Positions 1-42,680 of a stretch of DNA of 64,000 nt are shown here, piece by piece. The notes below the pieces were generated by a model that did not search any database, had not been told where the DNA came from, and saw only the letters and a list, made by a program, of their open reading frames with translations. The position numbers and the translations under genes were made by a program. Numbering within the stretch: the stretch's first letter is position 1; each line of letters opens with the position of its first letter. The stretch is from Lama glama (taxonomy: Eukaryota): positions 33,792,001 to 33,856,000 of the forward strand of contig CM052818.1 in assembly GCA_028534125.1 (NCBI GenBank), in the 5' to 3' direction.

Positions 1-464
1 GAGGTAGTGCAGACGACCACACTTCTCGTTCTGATGGTGAAGATCTCAAATTCTGAAGAGGCATGGGCGCTAGGATAGGAACCCTGGAACATGATGACGA
101 ATGGCTGGGTTTTGGAGTTAGGAGAGCAGAGTTCAAGCCCTAGCGCCACCACTGCTTTAAGTAAATGACCTGATACCGCTGACTTTAGCCCTTATCGCAT
201 AGTCTCTCTGAGCACGCATCCAAACTTCTACATTTGAACAATGGGAGTAATAATAATCGCAGCCATAGACGAAGCGGGAAAGAGTTAAAGGAGGTAGTAT
301 ACACAAGAGAACATTGTAAACTGAAAAGCAGCATGAAAGCTGATAGACAAGAGAGAAGGACATTCAAAATGCAAAGGACAAAATAATACAAAGCTAGTAA
401 GAGTATCAGCCATAACTGAATGTTTAAGGTGTACCAAGGCAGTATAATAAAGAAATTAGAATTG

Positions 465-655
465 TGGATTATGGAGTCAGACATGCATGGGTTTAAATCT
501 TGGTTCTGCCATTTACGAACTGTGTATGTAAGTTTGAGCAAATTACTTAACCTTTCCGTGCCTCAGTTTCCCCATCTGTAAAAGATGCATAATAATAGCA
601 TCTACCTCAGTTATGAGATAAAATTAGATAATTCATATGAAGTACTTAGCAAGGA
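465..655 (+). mobile_element. MIR SINE fragment
   Basis: MIR core: ttacttaacctttccgtgcctcagtttccccatctgtaaaa..ataataatagcatctacctca. Confidence 0.8.
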
Positions 656-1349
656 GAAAGGAGAATTGATAGATTATGGGAATCAGAAAGGCTTCACAGA
701 AAATATGGCATTAGGAGGATAGAAGGAAATTAGAACAAAAGAGATGTGCTCATTGCTCAGTAAGCCATCCCCTGAATCTGTGATTTTAAAATTCCTTTAT
801 TACTAATGGAATAATTGGAAATGAAATCCTTCTTCAATCTCTCAAAATAAGATGATGTCATGATGTAAGAAAGGGCTGAATGTCCAGGATTGGGCAAAAC
901 GATGAAGGAAGATGATCAGCAACAATTGGTGAGAAGCCCCCAACCATTCTACCCTAATTTAATCAAGAGTTGGAGGGGTCTAAAGGCGGTGGTGTGGCTA
1001 TTTTCTGACTCTGGTTTGAGGATATTGGTGAAAAAAAGCCTTTTTACCTCTGACTTTGGAGATAGGTAGGTTAGGAGTGAAAAGTAACAATGTTTTAAGT
1101 CAGAGCTCTAGAGCCCAAATAACTAATCAAACAACTGGAGCAGAAACTAAATTCTTTATTTCAAGGTGGGAAATCCTTAGTGCACCACAGTAGACAACCA
1201 GGGCTGGTGGTGGGAGGGACAGATATGACAAGAATAATTCACTGAGAGTTGATCACCTCTCACTTGGGCTTCTATGAAGTGGATTGTTAAGGAAAAAAAA
1301 CAAAAACAAAGTGATATTGTTTATCTTAAGTCTCAACTCTGGTTATTTT

Positions 1350-1810
1350 ACTCTCCATTCCAGAACTTTCACTGTCTCTTCCTTTCCTACTAAATAAGCC
1401 TAAACTTGTTAGCCTAGCTTCTAAGACTGTTTCTGAACTGGCCTCAGTCTCTTTCTTGCCTTACCTTGTCTATTCTGCTAGTTATAAAACAGTTTCAACT
1501 AAATTAAATTACTGTTTATTGACCAGGACTTGCCATTGTTTGTGCCATTCTTTCTGCCACAGATAATTTCTCCACTCAACTGTATCCATTCTTAATAGCT
1601 TAATGTTGATCATTTAAACAGAAAATTATCTAAGGCTTTTCTAAACTACTACAGTGCTTTGTATGTGCCTCTCTTATGGGACTTTTCCCATTTTTGTGCC
1701 ATCTTATTAGATCTGTGGGCAGGGACCATATTTTGCTCTTTGTCTCTCATCCCTTGGCCAAATGCCTTGCTCTATAAGGTACTGAAAAAACATTAACTGA
1801 ATGAATGGCT
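1350..1810. mobile_element. L2 LINE 3' fragment (degraded)
   Basis: L2-type end: tgtgggcagggaccatatttt...aaacattaactgaatgaatg; boundaries approximate. Confidence 0.5.
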
Positions 1811-2139
1811 GAGGACCAAAATTTGGACCAATTGCATTTATTTCAATAGCAGACCTGGGATATGAGGGGATGAGGAGGCCATTGCAGGGACACATTGTTA
1901 CAGTTGATTTATCTTGTCACTTCTTAGTGCATTTGCATTATGGGTTTCTAGAAGCACTTTGCCCTCACGGTCCAGGGCTTTATGGCCTCGGAGACCAGGA
2001 TGGATCATGGGCATCTCTTTGTTTTAAGGTCTCTGATAGGAAAATTGACAAAAGTCACACTAGAAGTAATGGAATTAGAAATGATTTTGGAATTCTAGAC
2101 CAGCACCTGGGTTTATTTTTGCCCTCTTTGTCTCTGCAG

Positions 2140-32701
<30,562 letters not shown>

Positions 32702-32729
32702 CTGGTAGAGTTAATAGGTTCTGTCCCTC

Positions 32730-32735
32730 ATTAAA
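32730..32735 (+). terminator. IFT172 polyadenylation signal (ATTAAA)
   Basis: ATTAAA 28 nt after the stop codon, followed by a GT/T-rich tract near 32759-32767. Confidence 0.75.
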
Positions 32736-32829
32736 GTCTTGTAAGTAACTGAGGCCACTGTTTTTTTCATCAAGTCACCCCCCAACACCAGCCCAGCACC
32801 CCTTTCCCCCAAAAGGAATCATTATCAGG

Positions 32830-32917
32830 TAGAGGAAAAAGTTCTTTTATTACAACTGTTTATATCATCCTAGAAGTGAGTGAAAAACCCTTGTGGACTG
32901 AGCCTCCAGGTCAGCAC
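32830..32917 (-). other. KRTCAP3: KRTCAP3 non-coding last exon (3'UTR) with AATAAA at 32851-32846; 3' end approximate
   Basis: Donor CAG|GTAATA 6 nt after the stop (33039), acceptor ctctcccttctataaagcag| at 32918, then AATAAA on the minus strand. Confidence 0.75.
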
Positions 32918-33045
32918 CTGCTTTATAGAAGGGAGAGCCTGCGTCAGAGGGCAAGCAGCACAGCAAAGGACTTCACCCAGTTCTAGGAGTGGTCCCTGCT
33001 GCCACCCTTTCTCAGGCCACAGTCCTCCTGGCCTATTACCTGTCC

Positions 33046-34393
33046 TTAAGCCCAACTTTTCTGTGATGTCTGGATTTCTTCATTTTGATCCAGTAGCTGC
33101 TCATTTTCCTGCCTTTTACATTTAGGAAGTTCAAGCTCTGTCAGTTCCTCCAGCTACAGAAGAGGATGTGGAGTTAGTACTCTGGCCCTGAATTATAATT
33201 CAGCATCTTTTCAAACACAGTCTGTGTTGAATGAACTCTTCGTATTCATCTTCCTTACCTGCCCCTGTAGCCCTTCCTTCTTGCAGGGCCCAACCCCACG
33301 TAGGGTGAGTGCAGCCACACAGCAATAACCAGACAGAGCAGCCTCTGCTGCAGACATGAGCAAAGAAGGGATCCAGAGAGCCAAGGCTGTATCCTAAAAG
33401 ACAAAGAGGAAATGTGGGAGACTAGAGGGAGCAGGGTAGGAGTGGCAACCAGGGGCCGTTAAAGAGCAGGACCAGGACCTTGTGGACTGCAGAAAGGCTG
33501 GGAATAGACTGGACTCACATAGATTCTTGTGGGATCAAAAGGGCAGTCAGTGTGTCCAGGCCCCTGGTCCAGTGGTAGCAAAGGATTCAGCAGTCCTGGA
33601 TGGCAGTCAGCAATAAGACGGCGGCCACCATTGGCCACAGTGAGTGACACAGCGAGGAGGAGGCCCAGGGAGCAGGCAGCAGACAAGAGAAGGTTCACCA
33701 GAGCTAGTGCCAGCAGGACCCAGTGCTGGTAGGGGCAGAAAATCAGGATGAGTGCCTGGGGTGGCTGATTCTCCGCCTGATGAGACACCTGGGTTTCTCC
33801 GTTTGCGGCTCCTCCTCCCACTTAAGAGATGAAGCTGTCAGCCCCCATTTCCCTGACTCTAGGCTTCCTCATTAAAGCTCCAGAAGTCCCCTTACCAGTC
33901 GTGGGCGAAGTAGGTTCTTAGATGCCAAGAGGCTCACAAGTCCCACGGAAACACTCTGGAAAACACAAAACCTGAGCCCCCCACAGCTCTCCCGCCCCGC
34001 CCGCCCGCCCAGGCCCCGCCCTGGCTCGCGGTGCTCACCAGCAGGCCGGACCCCACGGAGATGACATTGGCGGTGGTGTACTCCGGGGTGACGGCGCCGC
34101 GGGGATTGGCCACGTGCCGCAGGACAGTACCGTGCAGCACGGCCCCCAACAGCAAGTTCACGTGGCCCACCAGGATCAGCGCAAGCCCCACGCGCATAAG
34201 CCGCCCGGGGCCCCGGGCTGCGTCTGCAAAGCACGGGGGAGGGGCAGGCCTGAGCCGGGACAGAAGCCGGGAGGCCCCTGGCGGCCGTCTCGACTTGGCC
34301 AGGGGCCATAGGAAGGGTCGAGGGTGGGCGCGGGGAAGAACGCGACCGAAAGGGCCGGAAATTACCGAAACTGCAGAGGCGGCGGCACTTCAT
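33046..34393 (-). CDS. KRTCAP3: Keratinocyte-associated protein 3 (multi-pass membrane protein, TMEM54 family)
   Basis: Exons: 34393-34366 (MKCRRLCSF), 34223-34039 (..[24 protein letters not shown]..), 33955-33896, 33725-33519 ([23 protein letters not shown]), 33393-33259, 33153-33046 (..SQKSWA*). Total 723 nt = 240 aa + stop; all introns GT-AG. Confidence 0.96.
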
Positions 34394-34720
34394 CCGGTCC
34401 CTCAGCGCCTCGCCGCGGGGCAGCTCTACCTGGTCCCTGGCCCCGCCCTCGCCCTCGCGGCCAGTTCCGCCCGCCCGAGCGCACCTGCAGGCCCAACCTC
34501 CGCGCCCGGGCGTGGCTCCGCGCCCGCGCCCCCTAGCGGGGAAGACAAACACACACGATGCTCGTAGCAAAAAGTAGACTTTTATTACAGCAGCAACTGA
34601 GGCGAATCGAATGGCCCCCCCAGGGCCACCACTGCAGCACCACCCTTCTCTCCCGCCCCGTCCGCCCCAGCGGGATTGTAGAATTCAGCTCCCCCGGTGC
34701 CCGTGGGCTTCCTTCCCACA
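33990..34720. promoter_or_regulatory. CpG island over the KRTCAP3 promoter/exons 1-2, overlapping the NRBP1 3' end
   Basis: High GC and dense CpG, GC boxes (ccccgccc); boundaries approximate. Confidence 0.8.
34581..34586 (-). terminator. NRBP1 polyadenylation signal (AATAAA)
   Basis: tttatt on the plus strand about 430 nt past the NRBP1 stop, with a GT-rich downstream element (gtgtgtgtttg on the minus strand). Confidence 0.8.
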
Positions 34721-35013
34721 CAGGCTGGGCGGGAACCAGCAGGTCAGCTACTAGCCCCCAGCTAGAAGGCGGCTGCTGAGAAGGCCCAGGCCCACGTCTG
34801 TGCAAAACAAGTAAACAAAGTGCAGAGGGATGAAAGAGAGGGGGAAGGGGTAGAGAGGGTGATGCTCAGAACCAGGGAGCCCCAAAGCCCTCCTGAATAA
34901 TAAAGGAGAGAGGGGCTTCACAGGGTAATACTGACTGGGGGGAAGGGGCAGGAAGGCTGTAGCACATCTAGTGACAGCCACAGCTCAGATTAGGGGCCTG
35001 GCCCGAGTGAGCT

Positions 35014-38000
35014 CTAAGAGGAGACGGTGACAGCGGCTGAGTTGAGGGTGCTGTTTCTGGCAAAATTGAATTTGTTCAGGGTCTCTTCTAGCAGAGAAGT
35101 CAGCCGGCTCTGGTCAGCCTAGAGGAGAAGAGCTCAGTGAGATGGGGGCGGGGAGGAGGGGACAGCCAGCCAGAGCAGCTGAAGGCAGAAACCTCACCTC
35201 ACTAATGAAGCCCAGCTGCACCAGCTCAGCCGCCAACTCGGGGATGTTCTCATCTGACAGAGAAACAGGAGAGGGTGAGCACAGTGCGGAGCAGAGGGGC
35301 ACAGAGCACTTCGCATAGCCCCAGTCAGGTGACCCTGGCTGGGAAAGAATGATACAAGCAAAAGAGATTCACCCTCCAATTTTAGGGGCTAAGATATTCA
35401 TTCTACCAGTCAATGTGTTACTGCACTGTCACCTTCCCCACCCCTGAATATGTCCCTCACACTTAAGGCTCACAGACTCTCCATCCTCCAAGGGAAAGGA
35501 GAGACTCACTTGGCATCAGGTCACAGCTCAGGTGCCGGTTCAGTTTGTCCTCCAGCTTCAGCAGAAGCGTCAGCTGGAGAATAGGACAGTCAGAAAGTGA
35601 GGCCCCTCTTCCCCACCCTCTGGCCACCCAGCCCTACGCAGCCCTGGCCCTGAGTCTTACGTGGTGTTTGACTCCCTCCTCCACCGACTCAATGTTGCAC
35701 TGCATCAGCACCACCTAGGTAGAGGGGACCGAGAGGGTCAGTAGAGTAAGGACCAGTGAGTAAAAATCCCACAAGAGCTGGAAGCCTTTTCAGCCCACAG
35801 GACCTGGATGCCAAGGAGCAGAAACACATTTTCTCTAAAGAACAAAGCCTTATTTGAAATGCCCTCCCTCCCTTCCACCAGGACCACAGAGACACCTACA
35901 CCCACAGCCCCACCTTGCGGGTCTCCACCTCAGCGGGTTCAGGTGTTGGCGTCTTGACAGACGGAGGTACCACAGGTGATGTCACCTCCTCCTGCTGCGG
36001 CTGCTGGGGCCGCGGCAGCCCAAAGGCTGTCAGGGGGTAGATCCCATTCCTACAGAGAGACAGGTCAGACTGGCTCTGTGAATCCTTTAGGACACCCACC
36101 ACTGCTTCCTCAAGGAAGCTCTTTTTCCTTATTCTTCTCTCACCTGACATCTTCAAGGAATTTATCCAATTCCAGGGCTGGTGACTGAGAGTACCTGGAG
36201 AAGAAAACAAAGAAGATGGAAGGAAGGAAACAAGCAAAAGAGCAGTCTCAACCACTCCCAAAGAATGGACAGTTGACAGAAACCTCAGGGTAGTGGTAAC
36301 CAATCTCAAAACCTCTCAGTTAGTTACTCACAAAGTCTGAACTGGTTCTCTTCCTGGTCCTCCAGGGATTTCAGCCAGTACGGCACTGGTATCCATGTTT
36401 TTGGTGATTTCCTCCAGAGCATTCTCTGGGATCATGTCTGGAGGGTATGATGGAAGGGGAAGTTATAGAAGAACAGCTCAGACTAATCTCACAGAAGGCA
36501 GAAGGGTCCTGGGGGGAGTGGGGAGTTAGGTTGGGGCCTATTTGGAAGCAGAAGAGGGAAGAGAACATGCCAGTGATAGTTACAAGGCTCCAGAGTGGAA
36601 AAAAATTCCTAGGAGGGTCAAGAGGACTCACGCTGGTGTCCCACAATGCAGTGGGCAGCAAGGAGTTTGAGCGAGGGCACTTCAAACAGTGCTGGGTGGA
36701 ACAGAAGTTCTCTGGCTGTTGGTCTGCGAGCAGGCTCAGACTGCAGGCACTTTTGAATGAACTCCTAGAAAAAGGAACAAGGAAGTGGAGCAGGCATCTG
36801 GAAAGCACCCCACTGTGTTCAACTTTATCTGTCACTGTATCCAGTGGAAGACTATTTGAGAGGGCTTTGAAAACTATAAGGTATTATATGAAAGGTATCA
36901 TTCACTGTCTTTCTGGTTTTAATTATTTTTCTACTCCTCAACCACAGCTTGCTCTTTTCTTTACCAATCTCTCTCTCTGCTTTATTAGCCCACTCACTGC
37001 TTACCTTCTTTTCCAACCCTGACCAAATTCACTTCTCTCTTCCAAAACTCACCCACTGTGGTCAATAATATTCATCATCTTTTTATTTCCCAAGCCCACT
37101 ACCACAATTTCCTTTGTCTGCTACATCACTTCAGTTCACTGGATTTCCCCATGCTTCTTCTAACCCTCGCTTTTCTACCACCTCCCATAGGTCCTATAAC
37201 AATTAACCTGTTTCCTCTTTCAATCTGGAAGGCCAACAAGGCCATACACCTAATGTTTCACTTGAACATCCCACCCTGACATTGAACTAGCCACAAGACT
37301 TCCTACTAGTCTGCCTTCTTTTCTCTCCTGCTCCCTTTTACAACTAATGAGTTACAAACTATCCTTGTTTGGGTCTTTCTGTCCAGACTCTACTTACTAA
37401 AGTCTGTTTCCTGATTCATAACCCTTGTATCTTTTAAATCTTAGCTCATTTATTTCAGGGCACTCTCCCTAACTAACACTATATAAATATAAAACCCTAA
37501 ATGACTGCTTTGATTAGTTCAAACTGATTGGTTTGTTTAAAACTGTCAACATGGTTGTCTGAGAGTGTATACCTACTACCTGATGTAACCATCAAAGTAG
37601 TTTGCATTCATGTAGACACACCTAAATTAACACACAACCTTTAATCCCAATGTTACTCTTCTTAAACCACTAACCTGTGTGTGTATGTGTGTGTGTGTAC
37701 ACACAAAACACCTAGGGAAATGTTCACTGCTTTGCTTGTCCTTTTTGCTTTATATTCTCTTGCTCTTAAAAGACAGCATATTCCCAGTAGGTGGAAGGAA
37801 GAAAAACCTGAAGACATTTCAAAGTCTGTTAAGGAGGGAGTTATCCTGAAAATTCTCACCCTCTGTAATGGGTCTTCTAGAAGCTGGATGGCACTGCTGA
37901 TGGCTTCCTGTGGCACGTATGAGGACTCTCCATTGCCCTGAATCTCTAGCACTGCCATCTGCAATAAGGCAGAATAAAAAGGAAAAATTTAGACCTAAAA

Positions 38001-41000
38001 ACTTCAATCACTCCCTCAAGACCAGTACCCTTCTTGTCAACCCTGCACTTCCCCTTTCATCATCTAATCTGACCCCTTTCCACCACCCACCCTTCTGGTC
38101 TCCTCACCTCCAGTGCACACATGCCAAAGGAGTAGATGTCTACTGCCGTTGTCACGTTAGTGACTTCTAGGAAAAACAGAAAAGCTTTGGTGAAATCAGA
38201 GAGATTGGGGCAGGGGATGGCAGAAATGTCTTAAAACTTTTTGTATGCCAGTAAAGAAGGACAGAAGTTTCAGTTATGTTACCTCTGTCTCTCAGGTTAT
38301 AAGGCAGAAAACTTGAGGGATGGGCGCAGGGCAGAGAAACTGGGATGCCTCACCTCCATACTCTGGTGCAAAGAAGTGGAGATTCTTCTGCTCTTCCCGA
38401 CAAGTCTTCACATGATTGTTGATAGTGTCAGGAGCCACTGGGAGTAGGGGAAATACCCATAATCTGACCACCATCAACAAAGTACAGTCTCACTCCAGAG
38501 AGAGGCCCTCAAAAGACCAATCCTCTCCTGAAGTCTCTAACCCTCAACAGGCACAAATCTATCCTTTTCCCATCATGAACTCCAGACTAAACATGAACAC
38601 CACGTACCTCCCCTTTCTCAGGTCTACCCCATCTCATCTGAGGTCCCTAACTCAGTAGAAGCAAAGGCCCCACATTGAACTAACAGGTACATGGGAGTTT
38701 GGGGTAGGCAAGGGACACAGTCTAAGGGAAAACTTTCACTTGTGACCTGCTTACCTTCCCCAAAGCCCAGGTACATCTAATCCCTCATCACATAAAAATG
38801 TTTGATCTAGTTCTTTCATCACCCTGCAAACAGCATCAAAACACTGGCATCCCTTCCTAATCTGGAACAATTAAGAGACCTCAGAAACTTGGAAAACAAA
38901 GAAGGATTAACATACAACCAAGCCAACAGCCTCCTTCTTACCCACCTTTGCTGACTGAAACTCAAAATAGCTCAAAATTGAACCAATACCCTCAAAGCAG
39001 TTTCACTTGTAATGCACCAAAATTTTTAGACACCTGCTCTACCTTCTTATCCCTCAACATTGCCTGTCACAGGACTGAACGAGGAACCAGGGCCAGGCCC
39101 AATATGGACTCACTCAGATCATAAACAATGGCTACAAGTCACAGAGAGTCTGGGAGCACAGTATGACTTAGGGAACCAGCCTGATGATGAGTGGGGAATA
39201 AGAATTCAGGATGTAAGTAGCCAGCCAGGCAGAATCCACAAGAAACAAGCAAGTTATGGAAGGGCACGCAGGTGGAGGGCTGGTAGGGCAGAAGCCAAGC
39301 AGGCACAATTAGGCAGGGGAGATAGGGGAACAGGGTTTGCTCCCACGACTGCATGCACTGGGCAGCCGCAAAGAGGAGCAGGGGGAGCACAAACACAGCC
39401 CCAAATGGGGCAGAGGGAGCTCTCACCATTAGCAAAAATCCTATGAAAGACTGTTGGGAACAGAGCAGCCCGTAAGCGGGAGGGAGGAAAACAGAGAAAA
39501 GTTGTGAGCGATGGAGCAGCCAAGCCCCAGACAAATGGACACACAAACTACATACAGACACAGCACACAGAAATGTTAAACACTGCACACATATACACAG
39601 CAAATGAAAGCACTCACAGCAGGCACAGCCTGGAACCTCCTTTGGCAGGGTCTGGCCCCAGGGGCTCAGGTCAGACCTTACACCCATCTCTTGCCCTTTT
39701 CCAACCTCCTATCAAGATCTCTGTATTAACCCAAGTTTCCCTCCAAAAAGATACAAGATTAGACCCTACCCATTCTCCACTAATTGATGGGCCTCTCCCT
39801 ATGAACTACTCCTAACAAGGTCCTTTCTCTTATCACCAGCCCACACCTCAGAATTTTGCTCTGTTCTCCCCCATTCCTTTCATCTTACCCCCATGGTTCC
39901 CAAATTCCCGAGGCTCCCCTGCCCAGAACCTCTCCCTCCCCTCACCAGAGCCAATCTTGATGAGTCCGTTGTGCTGGATGAAGATGGTGTCACAGGTCAG
40001 GTTCCCATGGATGATGGGGGGGTCACAGGAGTGCAGGTAGCTGTGGGGGCACTGGGCTGTTAGAGGGGCCACTGGGAAATTAAGGGCAGGGGGAACCCAA
40101 GGGTTAAGAGGAGCAAGGGCCTGGTCTCCTGCTGGTACCACAAAAATTATACCCACACTCTGAATCTCCATTATGCCTGAGGAGTTAAATAGCTGGATAA
40201 GCACTAGGAGAAAGAGGTGGGAGATAGTATCGTGGTCAAGGCATTAGGATGAACCCTTTAAAAGACCCATAGGGGCCTAATCTTGACAGTATATGACTCA
40301 AAGAGAGTAGGGAGAGGCAGAAAAGAACAGCAGAGTAGTGCCCTGAAATCTGTTTGGAGGAACTAAATCAGGAATAAATATGGGAAAGACACTAACCAGA
40401 TCCTACTTACCTTAGGGCAGAGAGGATTTGTGTGCACCAACGCTTCCAGGCCTGGAACAGAGTTTGATCCAAGGGTCAGCGGTAATCCCCTTGTTTGACC
40501 CTCCACCCCTTCCTGATCAGCTTCATAATTAACATAATCTTTTTTAAACCCCCAAACCAGTCTAAAGTTTTGTCTACTCTCCCTCTATACCTTTTCATTC
40601 ATAGTCTTGTGGTTCTTTTTGGTCTTCTTCAGAAATTGCTTAAGACTCCCAGATGACATGTATTCTGTGATAAAAATGACCTGGAGAGGCAAAACATACA
40701 AATAAGGCCTTACAGTAGAAACAATCCTTTATCTGGTAGCATATACACTATATATATGTAAAATTTGGAAGCTTAGGTATTTTTTAAATAAAGATTCTCT
40801 CCCTCTGTTCTTAGCATCACTTCCTTAGATTTAATAGATCAATGAAAGCTACTGAGCAATATGGGCTATGGGAAGGAGGAAACAAATATGTACTCATTTG
40901 TGCCCCAGTTATAACGGGACAAAAGGCATAGGTGGCAGTCATAGCCCTACTCTCATTTCCACAGCAGCTGATTTCAGCTGTTTCAAAACTACCTTATTTT

Positions 41001-41866
41001 ATTCTCTGAATGTAAAAAGAACAATAAATACAGCTAGTCTCTTTGCAATAAGCTCAGGAGAAAGTTCTTACCCTGGCCTTGTTTTCTTTAATGTCAGCCC
41101 AATACTTGTGAAACTTGACAATGTTGAGATGTTCCAACTGAATCAGATTATCAAACACAGCACGGACCTTTTCCTGAGAGCAGAGGAGACACTTGGTTAA
41201 CAGGGTTGAGAAAGCATTATAATCCTAAAAAGCCATTCTCTATTCCTCTCGAGGAAAGATCTAACCCCAACATACTTTTCTCATGGTAGCTTCCCCAAAC
41301 CAATTTAATACCAGTGTACTAACATCCCTCAGGCTGCATCCTTTCACCATTACTTACTTCCTGCAGTTTGTAGTTCTTGCGCTCAGAGAACTGTACTTCA
41401 TTCCACACAACCTCTACACCCTCCTCTGTATCCATGGCCAGGTATGCACTGTCAATACCTGGTACATTCCGCTGATTCACCTGAGAAAAAATTCAAATGA
41501 AAGAGAATTAAAGTTATCACATGAACTCTCCATTTTAATACTCTATATGACCATCTTCTCCCAGGCTCTGACCTGTTAATTTAGTCTGCTCCTTTGAAAC
41601 TCACTTCTTACCTCTTAGAATTCATTCTCTCAAGAGTAACACTACCACTATCTTACCTCTTCTCTCCTCTTCTGCCAGCGCCCACAGGGTGACTCTTCCA
41701 AGATCTCAGATTCATCTTCACTTTCTTCTTCTTCCTCTGGGGAAGCAGCTGAGGTCGTGGAAGTCACAGGAGGTGACACTGACGTCAGGCCAGGTGCTGA
41801 GGACGAGGATTCTACCTTTGGGTCTGAGCCACTGCTGAGTACTGTCTGGGACTCCCCCTCCGACAT
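35014..41866 (-). CDS. NRBP1: Nuclear receptor-binding protein 1 (pseudokinase adaptor)
   Basis: Runs from [20 protein letters not shown] to [11 protein letters not shown]. Coding exons: 41866-41657, 41480-41358, 41173-41072, 40680-40591, 40451-40411, 40040-39946, 38437-38354, 38166-38108, 37958-37860, 36764-36632, 36437-36332, 36194-36144, 36049-35914, 35714-35661, 35573-35510, 35253-35198, 35118-35014 (TAG). Sum 1608 nt = 535 aa + stop. Catalytic motifs are degenerate (HGNLTCD in place of HRD, IGS in place of DFG). Confidence 0.98.
39427..39450 (-). CDS. NRBP1: NRBP1 alternative 24-nt micro-exon adding VFHRIFAN (543-aa isoform)
   Basis: Minus strand reads ctgctctgttcccaacag|TCTTTCATAGGATTTTTGCTAATG|gtgaga. 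Phase 1-1 matches the flanking exons, so the frame is preserved. Confidence 0.8.
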
Positions 41867-42539
41867 GCTGGAACAAACACTCAGGCCTGCACTGGTTGGA
41901 GAAAGGGTGGAGGGAGAAGGCAGAAAGGGTTAGGATAGATTCCATAAAGATTCCATCCTAATAACCTTAGCTGGGGTTAAAAATAAAACATACATCTCCC
42001 TTGTTTCCTTTAAATCCAAAATCAGAATTAGTCCTGAATGAACACTGAAATATTCCTAGTCTACAGAAGGGGAGTTACCTTGGTTGAAGATGACTCACCC
42101 AGGAGTGGCAAACATAAGATTTATGGTAGTATAACCCTGTGTTTAGTAAGGTCCAGATGAACAGCAAAATCAGGGGTCCCATCCCTTCTCAGCAAATACT
42201 CAATAGCCTTCCATGTGAATCCTCACCTACCTCTCGTTATGTATTCAAGAACCAAGGTCTACGTGGGCACTATTCAGAATAGATGACTCCAGACCCCTAA
42301 GACTGGACTTGTAGAACTCTCAGCCAATTTACCAGCTGAAATCCTCAGCTGACTTATTCCATTTGAACTAATTCTGGCATTCACTATCTATCCCTCCTAT
42401 GCACAGAATGAGCCTGCTAGTCCATGATGAGGCTACCCTTGGGCCAGGTGACTGGCAGTGGTTAGTGACTTCATCCTTGATGATCTCACCTTCCCTGTGA
42501 TGTGAGTGTGGCAAATGGGTGGGTATTGTTTAGCAACAT

Positions 42540-42680
42540 TTTTTTTCATTCACTCATCCAACAAATGTTTATTAAGCACTTATTGTGGGCCAAGCACCAA
42601 GTCAGGAGCTTGAAATACAATAGTGAACAAAATAAGTAAGGTGCCTACACTCACAAAGCCACAAATTTAAGGCAGATCTA
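42540..42680. mobile_element. L2 3' end
   Basis: tcattcactcatccaacaaatgtttattaagcacttattgtgggcc.. Confidence 0.7.

Noticed and set aside
1..2139. IFT172 exon 1 / start codon
   Set aside because: I found no MHLKHLRTLL-like peptide; this is intron 1, and ORF 1870-2319 is an intronic extension of exon 2.
33872..34570. 232-aa and 178-aa GC-rich ORFs over KRTCAP3
   Set aside because: Stop-poor CpG island. Only the MKCRRLCSF and [10 protein letters not shown] segments are real exon pieces.
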